A program made the translations under genes and the position numbers. A stretch of DNA of 63,538 bases, the filler included, from Atractiella rhizophila (taxonomy: Eukaryota): NCBI GenBank assembly GCA_021432655.1. It is 8 parts of 7 records of this genome, joined end to end, with 100 filler letters (N's around TTAATTAATTAA, not from the genome) between each part and the next. Parts side by side here need not be neighbours in the genome. Positions count along the whole stretch, not along the records: positions 7,830 to 14,554 come from MU271588.1; positions 14,655 to 44,850 come from MU271588.1; 6 more parts are not named here. One strand, given 5' to 3'. Position 1 is the first letter of the stretch; each line of letters opens with the position of its first letter. Shown here in pieces: positions 10,359-23,597 of this stretch. Under the pieces are notes generated by a model that made no database searches, was not told the origin of the DNA, and worked only from the letters and a program-made list of their open reading frames with translations.

Positions 10359-12742
10359 TCAACTTCCAATTTTGGGTCCTATCCGGCGTCCTGACCCAAA
10401 GCTGAATACGCAAACGATTGCTCTTAACAACATAGCTTGATGCATAGGAGGGAGATTTGGACCCACAGTGAAGAAATCGTCATAATCACCCGCCAATTGT
10501 TTGTAGTATTCGCTCCCGACCAGCTCAGCATCAAAGTTGCGAATCATAGCTGCCGCAGCCAGGTACAATTCCTGACCATACATAGATCAGATGGGAAAGT
10601 TAAGAAGGGGGAGAGAACAGACGATGTGGGCTAGATTCATGCCAATGCACTGGCGCTGTCCCTGTCCTGTTTAGGAATCAGATCGTCGATTTTAAAGTAA
10701 GGTAAGGAAGAGGAACCAAATGCCAAGTTGTTTCGAAGGTAGATTTCAGCCTTCGCCGGATCCTACACCACGTTGTTATCAGTTCTGTTTCAGAACGAGA
10801 GAAAGTGAATGCAAAGATGGTACGAACAAGCCATCGTTCCGGTTTCCATTCGTCTGCGTCGTCACCGTAGACCGTTTTATCACGATGTACAGAGAACGGC
10901 TGAGTGGTCACTTGCGTCCGCGGCGGGATAAATATCTTTCCAATCTATGTAACCCATGGTAGTTAGCTATGCTTCCATGGAGAGTGGATTAGTCATAGAA
11001 AAGAAGGCCAACCTGTAATCCACCAACTTCATCAGGTACATAACGAGGAAGAATGCCAGGTACAGGCGAGAAGAGGCGGATCGTTTCCTAATGATGCGCA
11101 CTATTAAGATCATGGTTCAACAATGATGATGGGACAGACCTGGCAGGCGGCGACTAGAAGAGGGATGGAGTTCGCGACCTCCCATGTGATTGTATCCTCA
11201 GCATTTGGCATGGCGGTGTCGATTTCAGCCTGTGCAAAGATGGAAGTGAGATCGATGATATCCCAGTAATCGTATTAACTTACCTTCAGCTTAGAGAGGA
11301 ACTCAGGACGTGTCCACACGTTGTAACAGAAGAAGGTGAGGGCAGTCTTGGTGGTGTCGCCTCCAGCAACACTTGATTCCAGACCTCATCAGTGGTGATC
11401 GGGTCACCAGAAAGGGGAACTGACATAAATGAGAACATTCTGCCGAGCAATGTAAGGCAGAAGATCGTGAACGAGAGAACCAACCCACTCATTGACGATA
11501 GCGGCATCTGGGAGACCCAATCTCTTCGCATCCTCCAAGAGTTGCTGTAAAATCATGCCGTCCTTCTGATCCTCCAAAGATTTTGCTCGATGTTTTTTGA
11601 GCATCTCATGTCCTTTCTAAATCATACTGAACCTAGCAATATCCAGAATAACCAATAATGGACGTACAAGCTGTAGCCTATCAAGTGCTGTGACGATATA
11701 TTGTATGGAAGGGATGGGCAACCGGTTCAGTATCCAATAGACGATAGGGAATCCTCCTAGGAACGCATTCATTCCTCCAACCAAAGAAGCTTCAAGCACT
11801 AAACATGGCATTAGCGGCAGAGAAAAAGGAATGGAAAGCTGACACACCGTCGTCCACCGCACCAGCTTCAGTGCATTTACTTTCTTGTCCCGTTGCGACT
11901 TTGATCATAACTTCAACCCATGGTTTGTGAGCAATGATTATGAAGTGGAGAGGACGAACCATCATGGGTCAAATATGCGAACCAACGAAAGATGTCGACA
12001 GGTTCTCCGTTCGCTGATTCCTTCGCAAGCTTTGCAATGAAAGCGTTGACCTTATCCTACCCCCCGCGTCTCAGCCTTGTTCTCTCTAGCGAGTCCAGGC
12101 AGGCAGGAGTAAGAAACGAACCTGGACGAGATGTTGTTGAGCGATCAAGTTACTCTTCGTCCACGCTCGCGCATGCACGCCTCGTCGAACCCGATGGGTC
12201 TCGTTGGCGAGCGAAGCCATGGAGGAGTTATCGGTCTTGTCGAAATTGAAGGCCAAATAGAACTCCTGCAATCCGACAGACATGGCCGCGCATAAATTCG
12301 GGTCAGGCTGTTGTTACTTGAGGGTAGAACGACGACTGACGGTCTTGTAGAATTTTGAACCATGGCCTTCAGTACCCAAGGTTTGTTACTTCAATGTTCG
12401 AGTGAGACAAAGATAGACACACCGTAGACTTTCTTCATGGCGTCACGATCGAAGAACATGACCATATTGGGGCCAATACGAACGACGTCTACCGAAAAGA
12501 AACAAACGGTCAAAAATGTTTGGTTTGAAAGAGAAAATCTAACCGCCGTACTCCTCCCTGAAAGAGTGGATTGTCATCGCCGCTCTGCCTCTCAAGGAGC
12601 AGAGAGTCCTAGGATAGTCTGAAATGGTCCATAAGAAAGGGCCTGGGATGTGTCGGATAGGTGACAGCACTCGATTTTTGACGTAAAGATAGAAGATGTA
12701 GGAAGCTTGCAAGAGGAGCGGGATGAAGAGGTAGTCGTTCAT
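10359..12742 (-). CDS. Cytochrome P450, multi-exon; 3' end approximate
   Basis: N-terminal TM plus HIPGP, AGGDTT (I-helix), ETIR (ExxR), KPERW, and heme motif GQGQRQCIGMNLA near 10635-10665. Confidence 0.93.
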
Positions 12743-13037
12743 TTTTTTCGCTTTCTCGATGAGGACTTGGACGCTGCCTCCGACTGAAGATGGAAGAACT
12801 TCTGGAGCGACTGAGCGAGGTCGCCATTAAGAAGGGAGGGCGAGAGAAGTCAACGACAATGAGCGATCGAAGGCAGTTACAGATTAGCCCAACCCATCGA
12901 ATTCATCGAAGACTGTCATGTCTATCCAGCCCATGCACATAAACGATGAAACGGAGAGAATTCGTCAAGGTGGTCCGACACTTCTCTGGAAGAGTTACAT
13001 AAGTCCTGGAGAAGTAAACTGGTTCTCGAAGCTCGAA

Positions 13038-16000
13038 TATGAATGCAATATACGTTGTGTTATTGAACTTTGTTCCTCGACCTTCTTCGCCGACATAACT
13101 GGTGTTGATTAACTTTGATTCGCTGACTTCGGACGAATTATACTAATCGCTTTCCTCGACAACGATACAAATTGTAAGAGAGATGGAGGAAAGGAAAGAG
13201 GATCTGGGATTAGATCTGTAGGGAGCTGCGACTGGATGGATTGGGGGTCCGACTGGGAATAGCATGTCCATGCCTTCTCTTTCTCAACAGAAGTAAGCAA
13301 CGTAGTACAGTATTGCAAGCTCAGGGAACTTCCCAAACCTGTTCTGTTGTTTAGAACAGTTGTGTCCCGAAAAGCTTAAGATCACATGATCACGCGAAGG
13401 GAGGAAACTTGTTCAGTTAGGGTCAGGGCAAGCACAAGGCTCTTCGCATGCCCCGACTTTCCACGCTTAGACCCCTTTTCTAGCGACCACCTCGAGAATC
13501 CCCGTCTCCATCTCAGAGTTACCTCTCGAACCCCAACATTCCTTTGACATACCTCTCATTTTCAGCCTATAAACTCACTTAGACATTTATTTGAGAAAGA
13601 TGAAGACGAACGCTCTTGTCGCTATCGCCGTTGTGGGGGCTTCTGGGGTTGTGGCTCAAAACTCCACAACTGGTCAGTTTTTCGTGTTCTTTCGAGTCCA
13701 GAAAGGGTCTGGTGGCTCTCTGTGGATTTTTAGTCCTGTTGTTGTGTTGATTACCAGAATGTTGACATTTTCCTTCGTTTTTTAGCCACCAACCCTTTGA
13801 TTCCTTCTAGCGCCTCGACGAACTGCCAGGCTTTCCTCGCCGAGCTTAACGGCAACTCCGACCTCAAGACCTGCCTGAAGCCCTACACCTCCGCCGTCTC
13901 CGCTTTTCTCCCTCAAGCTGGAGAGACCGCTTCGGCCAAGGAGGTCAACGCAGCTCTCAACTCCCTCTGTACCGCGACGCCATGCGGAACTGAACTCGTC
14001 GTCGACCTCTTGAACGACTTTGGATCCGCGTGCGAGGCTGAATTGGACCCCGATACTGGCATCCAGACGGTTAGAACGACCTACGACCTTTTCTACGCCT
14101 ACACTCCCTGGAGGCAAGCCCTTTGTGCCATGGATACCGGAAGCGAGACTTCGTGCATCAAAGAAATCGTTGCTGGAATTGAACCCTCCGCTGGAAGCGA
14201 CATATCCAATGCCACCTTAACTGGCAACTCGACCTCGACCGATGAGGGAACTGGTGACAAGGCGAAGGACTTTGACATTGCCAATTATGCCGGTGATGCT
14301 TTGGATGCCAAGAATCTCTACATCCAAACCACTTCGGGAGGAGTGACCGCCTACGTTCCCAACTCTGAGACCATCTCTTCGACCAACATGATGTACATGT
14401 TCATCAGCCCGAAGATGCCCTCCAAGATGGTTTGCACCCAATGCACCAAGACCACTCTGCTTCAATTCCTCGCTTTCCAATCCACCGTCCCCCACAAGAC
14501 CGGTATCGCCAACTCTGCCCTCTTCGCAGGACAATCCGATCTCTGGGACGGTCTNNNNNNNNNNNNNNNNNNNNNNNNNNNNNNNNNNNNNNNNNNNNTT
14601 AATTAATTAANNNNNNNNNNNNNNNNNNNNNNNNNNNNNNNNNNNNNNNNNNNNTATGAATGCAATATACGTTGTGTTATTGAACTTTGTTCCTCGACCT
14701 TCTTCGCCGACATAACTGGTGTTGATTAACTTTGATTCGCTGACTTCGGACGAATTATACTAATCGCTTTCCTCGACAACGATACAAATTGTAAGAGAGA
14801 TGGAGGAAAGGAAAGAGGATCTGGGATTAGATCGGGGGGGAGCTGCGACTGGATGGATTGGGGGTCCGACTGGGAATAGCACGAAGATGCCTTCTCTTTC
14901 TCAACAGAAATAAGCAACGTAGTACAGTATCGCAAGCTCAGGGAACTTCCCAAACCTGTTCAGTTGTTTAGGACAGTTGTGTCCCGAAAAGCTTAAGATC
15001 ACATGATCACGCGAAGGGAGGAATTTGCAGTTAGGGTCAGGGCAAGCACAAGGCTCTTCGCATGCCCCGACTTTCCACGCTTAGACCCCTTTTCTAGCGA
15101 CCACCTCGAGAATCCCCGTCTCCATCTCAGAGTTACCTCTCGAACCCCAACATTCCTTTGACATACCTCTCATTTTCAGCCTATAAACTCACTTAGACAT
15201 TTATTTGAGAAAGATGAAGACGAACGCTCTTGTCGCTATCGCCGTCGTGGGGGGCTTCTGGGGTCGTGGCTCAAAACTCCACAACTGGTCAGTTTTTCGT
15301 GTTCTTTCGAGTCCAGAAAGGGTCTGGTGCCTCTCTGTGGATTTTTAGGCCACTTCTTGTGTCGATTAGCCAGAATGTTGACATTTCCTTCGTTTTTTAG
15401 CCACCAACCCTTTGATTCCTTCTAGCGCCTCGACGAACTGCCAGGCTTTCCTCGCCGAGCTTAACGGCAACTCCGACCTCAAGACCTGCCTGAAGCCCTA
15501 CACCTCCGCCGTCTCCGCTTTTCTCCCTCAAGCTGGAGAGACCGCTTCGGCCAAGGAGGTCAACGCAGCTCTCAACTCCCTCTGTACCGCGACGCCATGC
15601 GGAACTGAACTCGTCGTCGACCTCTTGAACGACTTTGGATCCGCGTGCGAGGCTGAATTGGACCCCGATACTGGCATCCAGACGGTTAGAACTACCTACG
15701 ACCTTTTCTACGCCTACACTCCCTGGAGGCAGGCCCTTTGTGCCATGGATACCGGAAGCGAGACTTCGTGCATCAAAGAAATCGTTGCTGGAATTGAACC
15801 CTCCGCTGGAAGCGACATCTCCAATGCCACCTTAACTGGCAACTCGACCTCGACCGATGAGGGAACTGGTGACAAGGCGAAGGACTTTGACATTGCCAAT
15901 TATGCCGGTGATGCTTTGGATGCCAAGAATCTCTACATCCAAACCACTTCGGGAGGAGTTACCGCCTACGTTCCCAACTCTGAGACCATCTCTTCGACCA

Positions 16001-16170
16001 ACATGATGTACATGTTCATCAGCCCGAAGATGCCCTCCAAGATGGTTTGCACCCAATGCACCAAGACCACTCTGCTTCAATTCCTCGCTTTCCAATCCAC
16101 CGTCCCCCCACAAGACCGGTATCGCCAACTCTGCCCTCTTCGCAGGACAATCCGATCTCTGGGACGGTCT
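13038..16170. repeat. ~1.52-kb near-identical direct duplication (13038-14554 vs 14655-16170) flanking a linker gap
   Basis: Direct comparison; copy 1 ends and copy 2 starts exactly at the gap; scattered SNPs and small indels. Confidence 0.95.
13600..14554 (+). CDS. Secreted Cys-rich, probably GPI-anchored protein, copy 1, truncated by gap
   Basis: Signal peptide MKTNALVAIAVVGASGVVA, one intron, Cys-rich body with Ser/Thr linker. Confidence 0.8.
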
Positions 16171-16324
16171 CTCCGGTGTCTGTGGTTTCCGGATTCGTCA
16201 ACGCCATCCAGTCCCGCTGCTGTCGGTGACAACCTCCCCTGGATCCGTTGGCAAGATGATGATTGAGTCTAAGAACTACATCATGTCTGTTGCGCTCGTC
16301 GCTGCTGGTCTCCTCTTCATGTAA
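15214..16324 (+). CDS. Secreted Cys-rich, probably GPI-anchored protein, copy 2, with apparent homopolymer frameshifts
   Basis: Same protein as copy 1; hydrophobic tail YIMSVALVAAGLLFM*; one extra G near 15250 and one extra C near 16105 relative to copy 1. Confidence 0.75.
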
Positions 16325-16871
16325 ATGGTCACTTGATGGGGACGGTTATGCTGTGGTTCGTCTTCTTCCATTTCAGCTTTCTCTTTCCGTCTCCGCAGGA
16401 GCGGAGCTATTTAGAACCATTTGATTTGACTCTCTTTTCATGTTTAGGTAGATAGTAGATTCGATGGAATGAACCTGTCCTATTTTTATTCTCATACCTG
16501 GACTCCAATCAGCCTCATCATCCTCTCCCAGCACTAGGCATCTTTTTTTTCTGATACAAATGGGATTTGTTGTTTTTATTTTTTCAGAGCTTTTGCATTC
16601 ATTTCGCTCGTGTGGAGCGACGATCGATTTTTCATCTGAGCAGCAAGGGGATGTTCGATGCAATTTTCATCTTCATTATTTTCATCGAGGGCACTGCCGA
16701 CACATCGACTTGATTAACTCTTTGATGCTTACCACATCTGATTCTCTGGAGACTATCCTCGGAGGATTAGGCAGTGGTGAGGAAATGAGAGATTGAACCT
16801 GAAATGAACATTCCAACCTTGAGAGTAAGATCTCCAACCGCAGAAAATCGAAGTTAACATTCCACAAGCAA

Positions 16872-19800
16872 TTACCGAACTGGTAACAGTCCTAATCGAG
16901 CGCCAACATTGCTAACCACCTCTACTCCCGTCCCCCTAACATTGCCGTCTCTCTCGACAGCCGCCACCCCATACGGCATCCACTTAGCTTGCGATGGCAG
17001 GAGTGAGAAGAAGAGCGTCTGTGTTCTTCGGAAGTACGTCGACGGGTCTTGCAGCTGCTCTTTGTTCACCTATTGCCACCTTTTAGCCCGAAACCTTGCC
17101 TTAGAAAGAGAATGAACAGACCAGCACTCGCAATTGCTCTTGAACACCGGAGAATACAAGTCGCTCTGCTTTCTCCTGCTTCTCTTCCTCCCACAGCAGA
17201 GCACAGAATTCGAGATCCCACAGTGTTTGAGATGCAATGGACGTCCGTGAACCCTCGTCTTCGATGGTTGCTACCACCTCAACGAGAGATTCGCAAATTT
17301 GAAGCACTTTAGAACGATAGAGTCGCATGATGTTGGGGAGTATCTGTCGATCGGCATTCAGGCGTTGTGGGCCGAGAGTCTCAACAGATTTCATCAGGGA
17401 ATGCAGAGAGCCCAACAAGACGGTGCTGGGTTGAGAAATTGTCCCGGTTGTGCCTAAAGGGTTCAGATGAGTGAACTGAATGGGAAAATTGTTCCATGGC
17501 AGAAGTCGCCTCGTCGACTGCATGTACGATCCATTCTTTGATGGTGGATGATTGGAGGTCGAAGAGAGATGTGCGGAAGTTGTTAATGATCTCTGCAATG
17601 AAGTTAGAAGAGTCGCGTGCAAATCAAAGTACGGACCTGTAGCTTTGCCGTCAATCGAAAACAAGCCTAGTAAGTGAAGAGCAAATCTATCGCTAGCTCG
17701 CAACGCCAAAGCGATATGTCCAATGAGGACGAGCTTGCTAAGACCTGTAACAGTTCAATCAGGCCAATTCTCCCCCGTCAAAGGTAGCCACTAACTGGTT
17801 GTTGATCCATCCGAACTGTCCCCGAATCTAACTTGTTGCGATTGTAAAGCCTCGCACATCTCCGATAAGCTTTTCTTCGCTACCTCGAGGTATCGTTCCC
17901 TATCTCTGTCCGCTCGTCAGAGAATTGTTCTCTCTCGAAAGCGAAAACTTACCTTCCGTCATCGTCCAACCAGCCCCTCAAGTCCTCCTTCAGTTCCATC
18001 GCCGCCTCCTCTACCCCACGCACACAGCCCTCAACGCCTCCAAACCGCCCATCGATCTTCCTTCGCACCTGCGAACGGAACAGTTCAAAGGGGTCTCCTC
18101 CCTTCTCTCGCCCAAATAAGGCGGTAGGCATAGCCGCAGGCGGCCAATTGAGGTTTTTGGGATCGAAGAGGAAAGCCGTGCCGGAAACAGCAGGATCCTC
18201 ACATGCTTGTCCGACCGCCACCTTCCACGCTTCGACCATTTCGGCCAGTTTGCTGCTGTAGATCTCCGCCAGACGCTCTTTCAGGCTCCGTTGCACCGTC
18301 AGGAGAAGGCTCGACGTTTCCGTTCCTTGCGATGAGGCAGACAGAAGGAAAGCCTCCACGCGTTGCTTGAGGACGAAGAGTTGCTTGCCCGTCCTTATAT
18401 GTGCAATCATCTCCTTGAAACCGTTCCCAAACTCTCGCTGAGATTTCTCCATCCATCTTTCCAGCACGGGGAGCGCGCCAGCAGGGGAGGGGTAGTTGTT
18501 GCGTTCAGACCGGGTGTCGATGAAGGGGGTAAAAGAAAGAATATGAGGAGGTAGATAGCGGAGGAGAAGGTGGGAGGAGGGGAGGGAATGGAGCAGCGAG
18601 ACGATGGAGTTAGGATTTCCGTCCACACTATCTACTGTCGAGTCTCCCGTGACCTTTGGTGGATCGGAAGGCTTTTGTATTCGCTCAAGGAGTCGTAGCA
18701 GGTCCCCTCCGTCTTTGACAAACAGTTGAGTCGCCTGCGCACTGGTCACGAGTATGAGTTCAAGCGCCTCTTGAATGGCTGCCTCGTCCGTCGAGAAATC
18801 CGGCATGAAAATCGCCTTGGCGAGATTGGTTTGTAGAGCTTTCGAACGTATAGAGAGTAGGAGGTCGAGGGATTCCGGTATGCTGTTCGAATCCAGCAGC
18901 ACAAGAGCTACGAGGGTCTCCGCTGTTGCCTGTTCCCATCGGACTTCACTAAGCATTCCGAGCTTATGCATTGATAAAGGGGAATATATTGGAGTGATAA
19001 TAAAGGTCTGAATTAGAAACCCACAGTTGTTCCATCTTTCCAGCTGCTCAGCCTTGAGCGCGCTCTGCGTCCAACAATGTCGCCTAAGCCTTTGAGACGT
19101 TCCCACTGCTTCTCCACAAGTGGAAACATCTTCAAGATCCCCTTTTCTTCCTCTTCGTCCTCATCATCTTCATCCTCTTCCTCGTCCCAGCTCACAAACT
19201 CATTATAAACCACCTTCCCCAACCCTTCCAAGAGGGCAGCGTCAAGGTAAGCATTCGCCTCCAGGGATCGGTAGACCGACTCTGGAACGGAAAGGAGAAG
19301 TGAAACGAGCGTAGACAGCGTATACCGCTCTCGATCGACTGCGACTTCGGGTACAGCGGTGAGGGAGGAGGCGTGGGGGGACGGAAGGGAGCAGAGAGAT
19401 TTTGCAGAGGAGATGTGCGTGATGAAGGAGTTGGAGGAGGAGCGCATGCGGAGGATGGAGGAGGCGGCAGAAAGAAGGTCTCGATATCGTTCCCTGGCGT
19501 TCCGGTTGGTTGGGTCGGTGAGTATTCAAGGATTATGGTGAGCAACTCACCCAACCATCGTTTTGAGCTCGTCCCGTTTTGAATCCGCCGATATCCTAAC
19601 ATTGTACAAGTCAGCTCTGTTTCTTACCCTCTCTCCAGAAACCACCATCTGACAGTCATGAAAACATTGCGGCGGGCGAAAGCAAGCTTGTGTTCAATTC
19701 AGTTGAGCAAGCTGTAATCGTCCTTTCTTGCTTTGGAATAAGCAAGATTGGTCTTGGAGGCTGCACTTCAATTGTTTTGCAGCCTGGGAGGACGCAAATA

Positions 19801-20491
19801 AATTGTGCATAAAGCGCATCTATTGTACAAGCCATGTTGATATCAGAGTCTGCAGCTTCGGAGTCTGCAAGATGACATTGAGTCAAAGCGCACAGGAGTT
19901 TGTAATCCTGCAAGAAGCTCAATAATGTTGATATCAGAGTCTGCAGCTTCGGAGTCTGCAAGATGACATTGAGTCAAAGCGCACAGGAGTTTGTAATCCT
20001 GCAAGAAGCTCAATCCCAGATTCCAGACTCCATCCTCAGCTGTGAAGCGCAGCAATTACTGTTGGTTTAAACAAAGCTCCTCATCCAACTGAAGGAACCA
20101 TCCCGATCTCACAAACACCAGACGCACTCCAGGAATCCACCCTCAACAGACAACAAGCGACTTGCCTAGCCCTCTTCTCCAAAGTCCTCACATCCTTAAC
20201 CCCAAACACCACAAACAGCTCATCCGCATCCTCAACCTCCAACAAATCCACATCCTCCGGCCTAAGACCTTTCCTATCCTTCAACACTAACGCGCTCTCC
20301 TTCCTCCTTCGAGGCGGGCCGTGTCCCCCATAGCGGGAGGTGGTGAATGTGGTGGTGACTGAGGATGCGGAGGGTGAGCGTGGGCCGGAGTTTAGAGAGG
20401 TGAGCGGGATAGAAGGGGGAATAATGGAGAGGTTGGTGAAGGAGCGGGAGGGTCGTGCGAGCTTTTTGTGGGAAGCAGAGGTGGATGCCAT
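16872..20491 (-). CDS. COG1: Vps51/Vps67-domain protein, probably conserved oligomeric Golgi complex subunit 1
   Basis: Spliced N-terminus ADELF..VKDVRTLEKRARISADSKRDELKTMVGERYRDLLSAASSILRM fits the COG1/Vps51 N-terminal motif; long helical body; last exon ends 16872. Confidence 0.8.
19834..20014. repeat. Perfect 90-bp tandem duplication (period 91) in COG1 intron 1
   Basis: 19834-19923 equals 19925-20014. Confidence 0.95.
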
Positions 20492-20775
20492 GGCTGTTTG
20501 GAGAGTTGCGCAGGGACGCGCCGCGTGAGCACCAGGTGTACGTACGGCATGGGGACGTTTGCTAGATTGGTCGTGTCTCTTATCTACTGCTTGAATCTAC
20601 AGCGCTGTTATCATCCACTACATCGAACATGCAACTCCCATAGTCTAAACCTATTCTCATCCCCCGTCCACAGCTAGCACATCCACAATTCAGTAACCAG
20701 GTGCGGGTGTACACTTGAGGTGCACATCCCTCCTCAACCTCATCAAGTGATGCTACGTAATTCATCGTTACTCGT

Positions 20776-20931
20776 TAGTGAAGTTTCGAAAATGAGGCAC
20801 GAAGAAGCGAAAGTTGCGTTTGTGCACGTGAGGCGCTTACTTTGCTTGCAAGCAAAGTCGACCATCGCCTCACACTCAGGTCTGCTGCTCCTCACTCGCA
20901 AGCAGTCTTCATACACGTTCTCTTTTTAAGT
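20776..20931 (+). repeat. Terminal repeat A1 (156 bp)
   Basis: Matches 28217-28372 with three substitutions. Confidence 0.95.
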
Positions 20932-22247
20932 ACCGTCCAACATGCCTCCTTACTCCTCCTGCTCCTTCCTAGCTTCCTTCAACCTCCTATTTCTCCTGCA
21001 GCATCGAAACGCGTCCCCCCCCCCTTCCGATCAGCCTTTTTTGCGGACATGGCGGACATCGTAGAGATTGACATGGACGCTCCGGACGCGTCTGAGGTAG
21101 CACTAGGTCCCCAAGTTAGATCTAGAGAGGATTTGAGGCTCGAAAACGAACAAATTCGAGCGCAACGCGTCGCCGAAACGAGCTCTGAGACGCGTCCTTC
21201 GGGCGATGGCACATCTCAATCTGGTTTCTTGAACTCTGGCATGTCGAAGGACGAGTTTATGATCCTTTTTAGCGAAGGCACGAAGCTGGACAACCACGAA
21301 AGAAATCTCATCGACTTTGTCTCGGCTTGGGAATCTATGGACGAATTGGCAAAGCTGACACAAGGCAGGATGAAAAAGTGGTTTGGTGAACACAGATGGT
21401 TGTCTAAAGGAGGTCAAGGAGAGTGGTTCCCTTATTCAAAACCACCCCCTCAGCGTTTCCAACCTCCTACTCCTCCCATGGTCATTGATGAGGACACCGA
21501 CGAGTCGGGAACTCAACCTCTCCTCCACGGCAAACGCAACCCTACCCAGGCTCACAACCCTTCCTCCTCGCTCAACACCGCCCCCACCACTCCGTCTCCC
21601 GACAAAACGCTCAAAGCCTCAGATACGTTCAAAATTGCTTCTACGTTAGTTCAGCGCTTCAGCCTCGGAGAAATCGAATGGATCCAACTCTGCGACTCCT
21701 TTGCCCTGTCCACGTGCGAAATCGAGCTTCTAACCCATGTCAAACGAATCGTCGACGTGGAAATTTCAGGCTTTAAATCTCTCAACGCTAGTCTTTCCGA
21801 TTACATCGCCGATATCCAGCAAGAACTTTGCACTGTCATGGCCCGCGAGCATGTTGCAAAGAAAGAACTCGCGAAACTACTCCCCGGCTCCCTAGAAGAC
21901 ACACATCCTCCCATCCGCCCTCCAAAACGGCCAGCTTCCCCCTTCCAAATCCCAGTTACCACAGAACAATTCGAGGAAGCTAGAAAGAAAGCTAGATTAC
22001 TCCCATCTGGGAACGTCGCCCCCAAACCAGTCGAAGCCGATGAAGATCAAAAATCTAGGAGAGACCGCCTAAACGCGCATATAGCGAATTTAACCGACCC
22101 TTTAGTCAAAGTGAATTTGAACCTCAGCACAGACGATGAACTTATGGTGAGTCCCTCTCTTCTACCATTTTCTCACACCTTCTATTTAGTTACTCGCTAC
22201 TCCTCTGTCTTCTCCATATCCCTTCCTTCCCCGATCCTCCCTTCCAC

Positions 22248-22535
22248 GCGGCCAAATGGGCCATTACTCGTTAATCGCGGCCAAATGGGCCATTACTCGT
22301 TAATCGCAGCCAAATGGGCTATTCCTTGCATCCAAAAGGGCTCTGCATCCCTAGCCAAATGGGCTCTACCTTTCTAGCCAAATGGGCTTCACCTTCATAG
22401 CCAAATGGGCTCTACCTTCCTAGCCAAATGGGCTCCATGTTTTTAGCCAAATGGGCTCTACCTTATTAGCCAAGATGGGCTCTACCTTACTAGCCAAACG
22501 GGCTCTACCTTCCTAACCAAATGGGCCCTACCTCT
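22248..22535 (+). repeat. Minisatellite, ~12 units of 23-29 bp with core GCCAAATGGGC, inside the gag intron
   Basis: Units such as TAGCCAAATGGGCTCTACCTTCC read directly. Confidence 0.95.
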
Positions 22536-22812
22536 TTCATAGAATCGAAGCGCCTTACGTTACAACCAATTGAACCTCACAATCTGCCTTTCAATTCTTT
22601 TGAGCTAATCTCATTTTGCCCTTTCCCTAGACCGAACATCCCCAACTCCAGCACTGGCTCTTGAAAAATCCCCACGCCTATGTCCCCATCATTGCCCTTG
22701 CCGGAAAAGATAGGAAGAAACTCGAAGACTCCTTCACTAAAAGTTCAGCAGCCCTCAATTCATCTGACGCATCTGTCCAGGAGAAGGCTCACAAGGCTTT
22801 GGGAGCGAAAAT

Positions 22813-23103
22813 CCTCAAAGACTTCGAGGCCGTAGAAATGTCGATTTGTAGGCAAACTTGGGAGCTCTAGTATCGTTGGTTACTCGACGTCCTTGAAACC
22901 AACAATAGGCAAGTAGATGCCGGCTATGCTTCCCACCTTCGACCTTTCTTCAATTGGCCTCAAAGACTTCGAGGCCGTAGAAATGTCGATTTGTAGGCAA
23001 ACTTGGGAGCTCTGGTATCGTTGGTTACTCAACGTCCTTGAAACCAACAATAGGCAAGTAGATGCCGGCTATGCTTCCCACCTTCGACCTTTCTTCAATT
23101 GGC
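22813..23103 (+). repeat. 145-bp tandem duplication in gag
   Basis: Copy starts at 22813 and 22958; two differences (TAG vs TGG, GAC vs AAC). Confidence 0.95.
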
Positions 23104-23178
23104 TCTGCTCCAGACACGACAAACTCAGGCGTGAGGACGAATCAAGCGACGGTTGGGCAGCCATTCTTGCCACTGATA

Positions 23179-23597
23179 TGTTAGGGCTGACACTATGTGC
23201 GGTCGCCGATAGGCGATGCGTCTGTAGTGGAGATAAACCTAAGAGCATGATATGACATGAAGACTAACCTGTAGTGGAGATAAACCTAAGAGAATACTCT
23301 AAGGTCACCTCCACTACTCTCTGATCTATATATACAAGCGGAATAACACTGCCACAGAGCGTAGAGGAGAGCAGATGAAACATGTAAGAGAACTAAAAAG
23401 GAAGTGACAGTGGGATTACGCGGAGTTAATAAGAGGAGGATAGGCACAATTGGGCTAAGTGGTGATGTAGGTGCAAATGGGCGAACGGGTGGGAGGCGCA
23501 GTGGCGAACGGGCGCCGATTCGCAGGGAACGCAAATGGGTGATAGGAGACGCAATCCGGCGAATGGGCGCCGATTTGCGTAAGATGCAAACCTGACA
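23179..23597 (-). mobile_element. Solo LTR (419 bp) inserted in gag
   Basis: TG...CA ends with imperfect inverted termini TGTTAGG/CCTGACA; 5-bp TSD TGATA (23174-23178, 23598-23602); removal restores LATDIEIRKN; strand inferred from a TATA-like motif near 23330. Confidence 0.92.

Noticed and set aside
10359..16324. Secondary-metabolite cluster around the P450
   Set aside because: No backbone enzyme or other tailoring genes nearby.
20842..21048. Gag start at the ORF-track TTG
   Set aside because: Begins inside terminal repeat A1; the first ATG is 21049.
22248..22535. CRISPR-like array
   Set aside because: Core is only 11 bp, linkers are short and related to each other, no cas genes, eukaryotic retroelement context. 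It is a minisatellite.
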